This document shows positions 50,805-64,000 of a stretch of 64,000 bases of DNA, in pieces. This stretch comes from Myxococcota bacterium (GTDB taxonomy: Bacteria > Myxococcota_A > Polyangia > Nannocystales > Nannocystaceae), in the NCBI GenBank assembly GCA_039028615.1, contig JBCCHT010000021.1, positions 147,821 to 211,820 on the forward strand, read 5' to 3'. The position numbers and the translations under genes are program-made. The notes beneath the pieces are model-generated. The model was not told where the DNA came from. It did no database searches and worked only from the letters and a program-made list of their open reading frames with translations. Positions within the stretch are counted from its first letter, which is position 1; each line of letters opens with the position of its first letter.

Positions 50805-52684
50805 TCAGTCCGGTCCCCACAGCGCTTCACGCAGCCCCGACGCGCGATCGATTCGCCGATGCACCGCGTGCTGGAGCACACCCGGGCTCCCGTAGACCAC
50901 GATCTTCTCTCGGGCTCGCGTCACCGCGGTGTACACGAGCTCTCGGGTCAGGATGGGCGAGACCGAGGGCGGCAAGGCCAGCGCAATCTCGTCGAACTCC
51001 GAGCCCTGGCTCTTGTGCACGGTCATCGCGAAGACGGTCTCGTGCGGTGGCAGCCGGGCGGGGGCCAGCCATCGCAGGCCCCCCGCCGCGGTCTGAAACA
51101 CGGCTCGGGTCTGCCCGTTGTCGTCGCGGTGAATGAGCCCGACGTCGCCGTTGTACAGCTCGAGCTGGTGGTCGTTTTCCGTGACGATGATCGGACGACC
51201 GTCGTACCAGGCCTCGCGCGGGTTGATGAGGTCGGCCTGGGCCAGCAGCTGTTCGACCAAGCGGTTGAGCGAGACGACGCCGTAGCGACCGCGCCGATGG
51301 GGCGACAGCAGCCGGAACTGAGACAGCGCCCGCATGCGCTCGGCTGGATCGCGGCTTCGCAGCAGGTCCGCGAAGCCATCGAGCACGAGCGGGCGCAGCA
51401 CCTCGGGCAGGTCGTCCTCCTCGCGCAGGGGCACGAGGGCGACGGGGTTGCGCTGGCGGGGCGCGGCATCGGGCCCGATGGGGCGGCCGAGCGAGCGCAC
51501 GCTCGCCGTGCCGTCACCACCGTTGATCGCCCGCGCCAGGCCGCCGATGCCCCCCTTGGCCGAGAAGCGGTAGCTCGTGGCCAGCTCGACAATGCAATCG
51601 CCGATCCCGGGAGGGCCGGGCTCTTGCGATTGCTCCGGCACCGCGTCGGGCCCGGCGAGCTCGGTCAGCTCCTGCGTGAACTCCCGCGAGTAGGCCGGTC
51701 GCCCCTCGGTGCGGCAGATGTCGCCCAAGATGGCTCCCGCCTCGACGGAGGCGAGCTGGTTCTTGTCGCCGAGCAGGATCAGGCGCGCTTGCGGAGGCAC
51801 GGCGGCGACGAGCTTGGCCATCAACGCGAGGTCGACCATCGAGGCCTCGTCGACCAGGGCGAGATCGACGGGCAGCGGGTTGTCGGTGCCGTGGGCGAAG
51901 TGGGTGGGCGTGGACGGTCGGTAGCCGAGCCCGCGGTGGATGGTGGAGGGCTGGGTGGGGATGGTCCGTCGCACGGCTTCGTCGACGGGCAGCTCGTCGA
52001 CCCGCGCGACGATGGACTCACCCAGTCGCGCGGCGGCCTTGCCCGTGGGGGCGAACAGCTGCATCCGCAGCGGTCGGCCGCGGTGGGTCAGCGCCTGCTG
52101 CTGCAACAGCGCCAAGATCCGCACGACGGTGCTGGTCTTGCCCGTGCCCGGACCGCCCGAGATCACGGTGAGCCCCCGCCGGGTGGCCACGAGTGCGGCG
52201 AGCCGCTGCCACGGGTCGGCCTTCAGTCCCTTGCTGGGCGCGAAGAGCCGGTCGAGCCCCGTCCGCAGCAGGCTGGCGTCGACGTCCTGCGGGCGATGTT
52301 CGACCCGGGCGCGCAGGCTGTCGGCGAGCGCGGTCTGGTACTGCCAATAGCGGGCCAGGTACAGCCGAGCCCCGCCGTCGAATACCAGCGGCGTCGGTCG
52401 TTCCCCCGCGCTCACCAGCGGGCTGGCGCTCAGGTCCATGACCCACTGAAAGCGGTTGGGCAGCTCGAGATCCAGCGGCTGGGCCTCGTCGTCGAGCAGC
52501 GGCTGCTCGAGCACGCGTCGCAGGTCGGCGCAGACGTGGCCGTGCCGAACCGCTCGGCTGGCCAAGGCGGCACCCAAGAACACCGAGCTCGGCTCGTCGG
52601 GGTGCAGCCGCGCCAAGCCGCGGGCGAAGTGCATGTCGAGCACCGAGATGACGCCCGCCTCGAGCAGTCGCTGCAGCAGGGGAG

Positions 52685-52688
<4 letters not shown>
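50805..52688 (-). CDS. recD: Exodeoxyribonuclease V alpha subunit
   Basis: ISGGPGTGKT, APTGKAAARL, VDEASM, QLASVEAG, TVHKSQGSEF. Confidence 0.95.
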
Positions 52689-56376
<3,688 letters not shown>

Positions 56377-56380
<4 letters not shown>

Positions 56381-59300
56381 TCACCCTCCCGGAGGTGGTC
56401 GAGCAAGGGGCCGAACACGCGGCGGGACAACGACGCGAAGTCGCCTCCGACCAGCGGCGGTGACAGCAGCGAGAAGCCCTCGTGCAGCGGATCTTGGTCG
56501 CCGAAGATACGGGCGAGGTGGGGGTCGTCGCGCTCGGCGAAGCCCCGGCCTTCCCAGGCCCCGCGTGCGGCGATGCGAGCCTCGGTGTCGCCCTTGTCCT
56601 CGCGCAGGGCCTCGACGTAGGCGAACGAGGCCCGGGGAAAGAGCAGCAGCGGGCGCTGCTGGCCCGTGACGTACAGCCGCGCCAGGTCCTCGAGTCGAGC
56701 TCGGGCGTCGTCGACCGGCTGCAGACGGCAGATCTTCGCGCCGCCCGGCTTGCCCGGACGCCCCACCAGCACCGATTGCCGTGTCTGGTCCGAGGGGGAG
56801 AGCACGCACAGCACCAGGTGCCGGATCCACGCCGAGAGCAGGTGCTTGGGGCGGACCATGCCGTACTGCGCGTGCACGATGGCGTTGGGCCAGCGGCGGT
56901 CGAGCTGCCCCACCAGCCGCAGGTCGGTCAACGACAGGTCGATGGGGAGGTTGGCGAGCCGCGAGCCATCGCGAAGCCGTCGCGCCACCGCGGCGATGGG
57001 GTCGGTGTCCATCGCGATCGCCTCGTACAGCGAGTCGCCCGCGGCCCCCAGCGGCAGCAGCCCCATCCCCCGCAGCAGCTCGCGTGAGCGCAACGAAGGC
57101 AGGTTGTCGAGGCGATGCTCGAGGATCTCGGTGCCCGCGCGCCACTGCTCTAGCGGGTCGAGCTCCATCGGCTCGCGGTCGCTGCGGTCGCGGACCCACT
57201 CGTCGAGGTTGATGCCCAGCCGCCGCTTGAGCAGCTGGGCCGCGGGCTGCTGGAAGAACCGCACCAGGCGATCGAGCTCGAGCGGTCGAGCCTCGCTGCC
57301 CTCGTCGTCCTCGGACGGCGGCAGCAGCTCCTCGAACAGCTCGATGCGATGGTCACCCCCGCCTTCCGAGTGCAGGGCGCGGGCGCCCTCTTCGTAGGCC
57401 TTGGCGTAGCTCCATAGCCGCGGGTCGGGATCGGCCCCGAAGTAGCGCGGGGAGAAGGGCTGCATCGGGTGCCGTAGCACCAGCTGATCGCGCAGCGAGC
57501 CCTGCTCCGCCACGAAGCTCTCGTCGAGCACGTCGAGCAGCTCGCTGACCACGACCGAGGGCGGCAGGTCGGAGTTGTCCTGGATGCTCTGGCCGACGTA
57601 GCTGACGATCACGCGGCGACGGGCGGCGAGCAGGGCCTCGAGGAAGAGGTAGCGGTCGTCCGAGCGGCGCGAGCGGTCGCCCGGCTGCGGGCGCTCGGCC
57701 ATGAGGTCGAAGCCCACCTTGCGGTCGCCACGGGGAAAGGCGCCGTCGCTCATGCCGATCATGCAGACCACCTCGAAGGGGATGGTGCGCATGGGCAGCA
57801 TGGCGCAGAAGGTGATGCCGCCGGCCAAGAAGCGCTGGGCGGGTCGCTCTTCTTCGAGGCGCTCTTCGACCAGGGCGCGCATCGACTCGAGCGTCAGTGA
57901 CCCGGTGAACCCGGCCTCGCGAGCGTCGGTGACGAGGCCGTCGATGGAGCGTCGCAGCTGCTGGTGCTCGAACGCGGCCTCGCCCACCGTGGCCAGCATG
58001 TCGTCGAGCAGGGAGGTCAGCGCTTCCTGCCACTCGCCGGGCGTGCGCGGGGTGACGAGCCGAGCGAGGTGGTCGAATAGCTGCTCGCAGAACTCGGCCA
58101 GCTTGCCCAGAAGCTCGGCGTCCTGGCCCTCGATCTCGTCGTAGGGCAGTACGCCCGCGAAGGTCTCGCGCCCCTGTCCGGGCAGGCCGTAGCCCAGCAG
58201 CAAGCGCTGGAGCCCGAAACGCCACGTGTTCTGGTCGTAGCGGGGCTGACCGTGGTCGCCGCGATGCTGCGAGTCGATGCCCCAGCGCACCCCGGCCGCC
58301 CCGACCCACTCGGTGACGCGGTCGAGGTCGTCGGCCGAGATCTCGAAGCGCGTATGCACGGCCTCGACGGCGAGCAAGTCGAGGATCTCCGAGACGGTGA
58401 CACGACCGCCCACCAGCCCGAGCAGCCGATGGAACGCCTCGATGGCCGGGCTCTCCGCGCGCACGCGTCGGTCGGCGATGCAAAAGGGGATGAAGCTGGC
58501 TTCGCCTTGCTCGCGACCGAACACCGCCTCGACCAGCGGGGCATAGGTGTCGACGTCGGCCATCAACACCACGACCTGGTGGGGCGCGATGCCGAGCGCC
58601 TTCGGCCCGGCGAGGATGTCGAGCAGCTGGTCGTGCAGCATCTCGACCTCGCGCATCGGCGAGTGGCAGGCGTGGAAGGTGATGGAGCGGTCGTCGGGCG
58701 CGACGGTATGGGGCGGCGGTCGTGACGGGTCTTCGGCGTCCTCGGTCTCCGCGCCGCGATGGCGCAGGTGCAGCACGTCCGACTGCATCAGCTCGAGCAT
58801 TGTGGCTGCTTCCGGCTCGTGATAGAGCGAAGCGTCCGCCTCCTCGTAGTCGAGCTCGCGCTCGAGCACGAGCTGGAAGTCCCGGCCGACGCCGCCGAAC
58901 GAGGCCAGCAAGGGGTTGCCGAGATCGGTGGTCGAGGGCAGGGGGGTCTCGGGGTCGCGGAGGGCTCGCAGCGCCTGCCGCCCCGATCGAAGCTCGGCCC
59001 AGTACTCCTGCGAAGGCGAGAGCACGAACATGTGCACGGGCACATGGCGCGCCAGCGCACCCAAGACTTGTACGTAGAAGGGAGGGAGGGTGGAGACCCC
59101 GAACACGCTGATGCGGGCGGGCAGCACCGAGCGATCGAAGTCGCCGGAGTCGAGGCAACGGAACACGTCGCGGGCGAGGGCGGGGGCGTGGTCTCGCCCC
59201 TGGCGCTCCACGATCGCGCGCCACAGCCGAGCCTGCCAGTGATCGTCGGCGCCGCCGTCCCACGACAGGATCTCGCGCGGGCGGTAGATGGCGTAGCGAT

Positions 59301-59703
59301 CGAGGACCTCGGCGATGCGCTGGGCGAGCTGGAAGCGGGCCTGACCGCGCGGGTCGGTGGCGACGTAGCGGCGCAGCTCTTCGAAGGCGGGCGTCGCGAG
59401 CAGCTCGGGGAGCGCGGCCATCACCGACCACAGCAGGCGAGATCGGGTGAAGCCCTCGGTGGCGTCCGCCCGGGGGCCGAGCACCCCGGTGAACAGGTCC
59501 TGCACGAAGCGCCGCGGGAAGGGGAAGGCCCCGCCGACCCAGCCGTCGAAGCGTTCCGCGAGTCGCATCGACAACCACACCGCCATCGCGCGGCTGTGCA
59601 CCATGATCGGCTCGGACTGCATGGGCCCGGCCGCGGGCTCCCGCAGCATCTCGGTCAGTGCGTCGAGCAGCGCCTCGACGCGATTACTGCGATAGACCTT
59701 CAT
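56377..59703 (-). CDS. recC: Exodeoxyribonuclease V gamma subunit
   Basis: MKVYRSNRVEAL, NPLLASFG, CHSPMREVE, PMRTIPF, DDRYLFLEALL, HPMQPF. Confidence 0.95.
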
Positions 59704-60012
59704 CCGGGCGGGCCGTGGCTCGAAAACGAGGGCAGCGACCGAGCGTGCCGCCGAGGCTCACGACAAGCAAGGCCCGCAACGGCCGTGAGCGGGGCCGCAC
59801 GGGCTGCAGCGCCACCGAAGGCCGAGATCGTCCCGATTCCCGGGTACGGGCGACCCTTGTCGCGCCGCCGCCACCGGCCCCGAACCGGGTGAAATCGAGG
59901 TGGGGCGGCTCGCCCCCGGTGACGGTCCCGAGCCGGCCGCGGACCGCCCGCGCCGCGGCGAGACGCCACACGGGGACTTGTTGCGACCGGTCGCCTGCTC
60001 TACCGTCGAAGC

Positions 60013-60651
60013 GTGAGCACGCGTGTTTGGGCATCGGGGTCGGGAGCGTTGGCAATGGTCTTCGCGCTGCAGGTGGGCTGTGTGGTCGACGACGGCAACG
60101 ACGACGCGAGCGCCGAGGGCAGCGCGGTCGACGACGAAGGCAACGACGACGGCAACGATGACGGCGGAGTCGGGGCGGACGTGCCCGACAGTCCGTACTG
60201 CTCGGGCGTCTCGGCTTGGGGCGCTTCGGAGACCAGCTTCGAGGTCGCGGTGCTCGACCTGGTGAACCTGGCGCGAGCCTCGGCCCGCAGTTGCGGCGGC
60301 CAGAGCTTCGCCGCCACCGGTCCCGTGGTGATGGAGCCGCGGCTTCGCTGCGCGGCGCGGGTCCACAGCCTCGACATGGCCGAGCGCGGGTACTTCGATC
60401 ACACCAACCTCGAAGGCGAGTCGCCCTTCGATCGGATGGAGCGCGCGGGCTACGAGTTCCGGGCCGCGGGCGAGAACATCGCGGCGGGGCAGCCCACGCC
60501 CGAAGAGGTCGTCAACGGCTGGCTCGACAGCCCGGGGCACTGCTCCAACATCATGAGCCCGGACTTCCAGGAGCTGGGCGTCGGGTACTACGCCACGCAG
60601 TCGGGTCAGTTCCCCCACTACTGGACGCAGGTCTTCGGAACTTCGCTGTAG
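60013..60651 (+). CDS. CAP/SCP domain lipoprotein
   Basis: QVGC lipobox; AARVHSLDMA, GENIAAG, WLDSPGHCSNIM, YWTQVFG. Confidence 0.9.
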   Translation: MSTRVWASGSGALAMVFALQVGCVVDDGNDDASAEGSAVDDEGNDDGNDDGGVGADVPDSPYCSGVSAWGASETSFEVAVLDLVNLARASARSCGGQSFAATGPVVMEPRLRCAARVHSLDMAERGYFDHTNLEGESPFDRMERAGYEFRAAGENIAAGQPTPEEVVNGWLDSPGHCSNIMSPDFQELGVGYYATQSGQFPHYWTQVFGTSL

Positions 60652-60653
60652 TG

Positions 60654-61316
60654 ATGCCGGACGAGGGGGCGGAGCCGGGCTCGGTCCAGGCGGCCATCGA
60701 GCGAGGCGAGCGCGCGGCCGCGTCGATCACGGTGCGACGGCTTCGGCGTGAGCTGGGCCTGTGGCGAACGGCGCGGGTCTTGGCCCGCGTGGCGGTGGGG
60801 CGCGCTCGTGGTGCGCCCTTCGCCGAGTTGCCGCCACCCGACGACGAGCGTGATCGACTCTCGCGGCGTCAGTGTGGCCCCGCGGTGCTGCTGTATCGGG
60901 CGCTCCTTCGCGAGACCACCCAGCCCCACGCGCTGCAGCTGACCCGGGCTTCGATCCAGGCGGGGGCGCTGCCCTTCCTCGAGCGCATGATCCCGCCGCT
61001 GTCCCTCGAGCGCTTCGCCGTCGAGGGGCCAGCTTTGGCCCAGCGCTTCTTCAACGCGGAGGGCGAGGCGCGCATGATCGACGAGCGCACCATGGGCTTC
61101 GATGTGCGGCGCTGTCGCTTCGTGGAGCTGCTCGAGGCCGCGGGGGCCGCGGAGCTGTCGCCGCTGATGTGCGAGGTCGACGGTGAGTTCTTCGATGGCC
61201 AACGCCGTCCGGTGACGTTACGACGACGTCACACCCTCGCCGCGGGCCACGACCGTTGCGATTTTCGCTTCGTGGCCCATGGGAACGATGACGCGGGACG
61301 AGGCGGGGTGGGTTAG
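60654..61316 (+). CDS. L-2-amino-thiazoline-4-carboxylate hydrolase-like family protein
   Basis: FDVRRCRFVE..MCEVD..LRRRHTLAAGHDRCDFRF; start set at ATG 60654. Confidence 0.7.
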   Translation: MPDEGAEPGSVQAAIERGERAAASITVRRLRRELGLWRTARVLARVAVGRARGAPFAELPPPDDERDRLSRRQCGPAVLLYRALLRETTQPHALQLTRASIQAGALPFLERMIPPLSLERFAVEGPALAQRFFNAEGEARMIDERTMGFDVRRCRFVELLEAAGAAELSPLMCEVDGEFFDGQRRPVTLRRRHTLAAGHDRCDFRFVAHGNDDAGRGGVG

Positions 61317-61331
61317 CCTTTCGCCATTACC

Positions 61332-62960
61332 ATGCCCGCCCGTCCCAAGCTCCCCCCCGCTTCCACCTCGCCCGACCTCGTCCCCGCCCCGCTTCCTCGC
61401 CGCGCCTTCTTGGGTCTCGCCCTCGGTGCATCGGCGGCGTGGCTGAGCGGCTGTGGCGACGACTCTCCGGCGACGGGCGGCGAGGGCGAGACCGAGGGCA
61501 GCAGCGGGAGCGAGTCGGGGGACGTGCCGTCCGCGATGACCACCACGGGCCCCACCGGTCTCGACGATACCTCGGGCGATGGTTCCGGCGACGAGAGCAC
61601 GGGCGGCACGGGTGATCCGGCTGCGTGTGACGACGAAGGCACGCTGCTGCGCTTCGACCCCGACGCCGTGCCCCAGGACGACGCTGCCTTCCCGTACACG
61701 ATCTTCGCGGGCGAGATGCAGATGACCTCGGTCTTGCTCTCCGTCCAGATCCCCGACGCTCAGCCCAAGTGGCTCCGCGTATGGCGACCGGCCGAGGAAG
61801 AGGGCTCGAGCATCGTGGTGGCCGAGCTCGAGGTGACGCCCGACGCCGACGGCTACGTCAAGGTGCCCATCGATGGCCTATGCCCCGGCACCTGGTACCA
61901 GTACGCGTACTTCGTCGGTGACCCGGACGCTCCCGATGCCCGCAGCCCCATCGGCGAGGTCCGAACCGCTCCCGAGGAGGACGCGCTCGAGCCCCTGACG
62001 GTGGCGATGACCGCCTGCAACGGCAGCAGCCTCAACTGGCCCGCCCTCGCCCGCACGGCCGACGAGTACTACGACGTGTTCATGCACCTGGGCGACATGG
62101 TCTATGCCGACGGCTCGACCTCGCTCGAGGACTATCGGCAGGTGTGGCGGGAGTACACCGCGGCCGAGGACTACCGCATCTCGCTGTCGCGCTCGGGGCT
62201 GTTCGTGACCTGGGACGACCACGAGATCGACGACAACAGCAACTTCGATCGGGAGACCATGGCCCCCGATCAGCTGCAGAAGCGCCAGAACGCCATGGAC
62301 GCGTTCTTCGAGGTGCTGCCCATCGAGGCGGAGGGCCCCGACTACCAGCTGTGGCGGAGCTTTCGCTGGGGGCGGACGGCCGAGATCATCGTGCTCGACT
62401 GTCGCTACGAGCGGCGCCCCTCGATGAACCAGTACATCAGCCCGGCCCAGATGGAGTGGCTCCAAGATCGGCTGCTCAACAGCCCCTGCCACTTCAAGAT
62501 CGTCATGAACTCGGTGCCCATCACCAACATGCCGGTCATCTGGGACTTCGCGGCGTTCGACCGCTGGGAGGGCTACATCGACCAGCGCGGCGAGCTTCTG
62601 AGCTTCATCGACCAGAACCTCATCACCAACGTGTGGTTCGTGTCGGGCGACTTCCACACCAGCTTCGTCTCGCGCATCGAGCCGGGGGGCACGCTGACCT
62701 CGAACACCTACGAGATCGCGATCACGGGCGGCAACACCAACCCGCTGCCCGACATCACGACCGGCTTTTCCGGCGATCAGTTCGACTACGGCGTCACCGA
62801 GGCGCGCGGCTGCATCCTCATGTTCGACCCGGAGGCCAACGCGGTGAACGTGCGCTTCATCGACCCGGACACGGGCGAGGACCTGTACAACGAGACGTTG
62901 TCGCAGACCTCGGGCAGCATGGGGCCGCGCCCGCGGGTGCCGGCTCGCCGCCGCGAGTGA
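61332..62960 (+). CDS. phoD: PhoD-family alkaline phosphatase, Tat lipoprotein
   Basis: PRRAFL twin-arginine motif + LSGC lipobox; HLGDMVYAD, WDDHEI, LDCRYER, DRWEGY, SGDFH. Confidence 0.9.
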   Translation: MPARPKLPPASTSPDLVPAPLPRRAFLGLALGASAAWLSGCGDDSPATGGEGETEGSSGSESGDVPSAMTTTGPTGLDDTSGDGSGDESTGGTGDPAACDDEGTLLRFDPDAVPQDDAAFPYTIFAGEMQMTSVLLSVQIPDAQPKWLRVWRPAEEEGSSIVVAELEVTPDADGYVKVPIDGLCPGTWYQYAYFVGDPDAPDARSPIGEVRTAPEEDALEPLTVAMTACNGSSLNWPALARTADEYYDVFMHLGDMVYADGSTSLEDYRQVWREYTAAEDYRISLSRSGLFVTWDDHEIDDNSNFDRETMAPDQLQKRQNAMDAFFEVLPIEAEGPDYQLWRSFRWGRTAEIIVLDCRYERRPSMNQYISPAQMEWLQDRLLNSPCHFKIVMNSVPITNMPVIWDFAAFDRWEGYIDQRGELLSFIDQNLITNVWFVSGDFHTSFVSRIEPGGTLTSNTYEIAITGGNTNPLPDITTGFSGDQFDYGVTEARGCILMFDPEANAVNVRFIDPDTGEDLYNETLSQTSGSMGPRPRVPARRRE

Positions 62961-62964
62961 GCCT

Positions 62965-63912
62965 TCAGTCCGCGTCGAGCACGGCCCGGCCCGCGCTCGC
63001 GAGGTCGGCCACGCGCTCCCGCGCTGCTTCCGGCAGCGTGAACGCGAAGTGCTGGTCGGACTCGGAGCCGAAGCAGACGCAGCGCTCTTCGACGGTGGCC
63101 AGGGTATAGCCCGTCTCCACGTCGAGCAGCATGCGGTCGAGCACCAGCGGCAGGTTGCACTCGCTCAGGGGCTCGTGGGACTCGCGATGCAGGACCTCGA
63201 TGCCCTTGCGGCGCAGGACGAACTCGCCCGAGGTCATCATCAGCTCGATGGGGCTCCGATCGGTGCCGCGGTCCTCGAGGTCTTCGAGGTCCTCCTCGTC
63301 ACGGATGACCCGGATGCCGGCCTCTTCGGCGGAGATCATGCGTCGCCACTGCGTCTTGGGCAGGGCGGCGTTGATGCGCTCGATGCCCTCGACCATCAGC
63401 GGCCGGAGCTTGCGGCAGTGGATGCGCCCATCGGGATGGTGGGGAAGCGCCGCCTCGGAGACGACCGGCGCGAGCCAAGTGGTGGTGCCCGTCGTCAGGT
63501 CGACCAGCGCCAGGCCGTCCTGCCGTAGCGGCTCTTGGTCGAGGTAGTCCTCCCAGCCTTCACCGCCGTCGCTCTCCCAGTACTCGTCGTGGAGATCGTG
63601 GACGGCCCAGCGCCCATCAGTGCTCACGGCCGGGGCGGCGAGGAGGTCGACCCCGAAGGCGCAGCTGTCTGTGCCCGCCCAGGAGCCTCCGTCCCACGAA
63701 AAGCGCAGACGCGGCTGCGTGCGATCGGGGGTGACGGAGGCGGCAGCCGGGGCTGTATCGCTGGGGCGCTGGCCCGCAGCCTGCTCCCCGTACGACACGA
63801 ACGCGTCCGGTGCGCTGGAGGAGGGCTCGGGCTCCGCCTCCAGCGCGAGCGCGACGGGGCTTTCCGCCGCGCACCCGAGGGCCGTCAGCAGCAGCACGAT
63901 GGGCAAGCGCAT
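62965..63912 (-). CDS. Hypothetical lipoprotein
   Basis: MRLPIVLLLTALGC lipobox; no family recognised. Confidence 0.6.
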   Translation of the reverse strand: MRLPIVLLLTALGCAAESPVALALEAEPEPSSSAPDAFVSYGEQAAGQRPSDTAPAAASVTPDRTQPRLRFSWDGGSWAGTDSCAFGVDLLAAPAVSTDGRWAVHDLHDEYWESDGGEGWEDYLDQEPLRQDGLALVDLTTGTTTWLAPVVSEAALPHHPDGRIHCRKLRPLMVEGIERINAALPKTQWRRMISAEEAGIRVIRDEEDLEDLEDRGTDRSPIELMMTSGEFVLRRKGIEVLHRESHEPLSECNLPLVLDRMLLDVETGYTLATVEERCVCFGSESDQHFAFTLPEAARERVADLASAGRAVLDAD

Positions 63913-64000
63913 GCCCGACGGACGCCCGAGTGCAAAGGGATATTCCGCACCCGGGCGGGACGGGGCTCAGCCCTCGACGCACTCGACGAGCACGGGCTCC

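Overview
GC-rich, gene-dense chromosomal window. Its gene content looks myxobacterial (probably Nannocystaceae-like: Ser/Thr kinase-TPR proteins, an ECF-kinase pair, many CGDD lipoproteins, Cys-rich repeats); this taxonomy is inferred, not searched. About 40 genes; no rRNA, tRNA, CRISPR array or recognisable transposase. Highlights: (1) a three-gene operon (~1767-11109) encoding a PLD + phospholipase C + DUF1508 fusion, a DyP-type haem peroxidase fused to an intact glycyl-radical enzyme (GCYEP, RMGGW) with no radical-SAM activase in the window, and a second phosphoesterase; (2) a hidden AhpD/CMD-like selenoprotein (35987-36991) with C-x-x-UGA and an fdhF-like SECIS hairpin 11 nt after the UGA, split in two by the ORF caller; (3) a phosphate-scavenging neighbourhood (phoX, di-haem lipoprotein, Pho-box-like repeat, phoD) followed by a coupled GNAT / acyltransferase / agmatinase / carboxypeptidase operon that may make a phosphorus-free aminolipid; (4) a DEDDh exonuclease gene broken by one in-frame TAA just downstream of a recCBD operon. 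All calls come from motif recognition by eye; no database searches were run.
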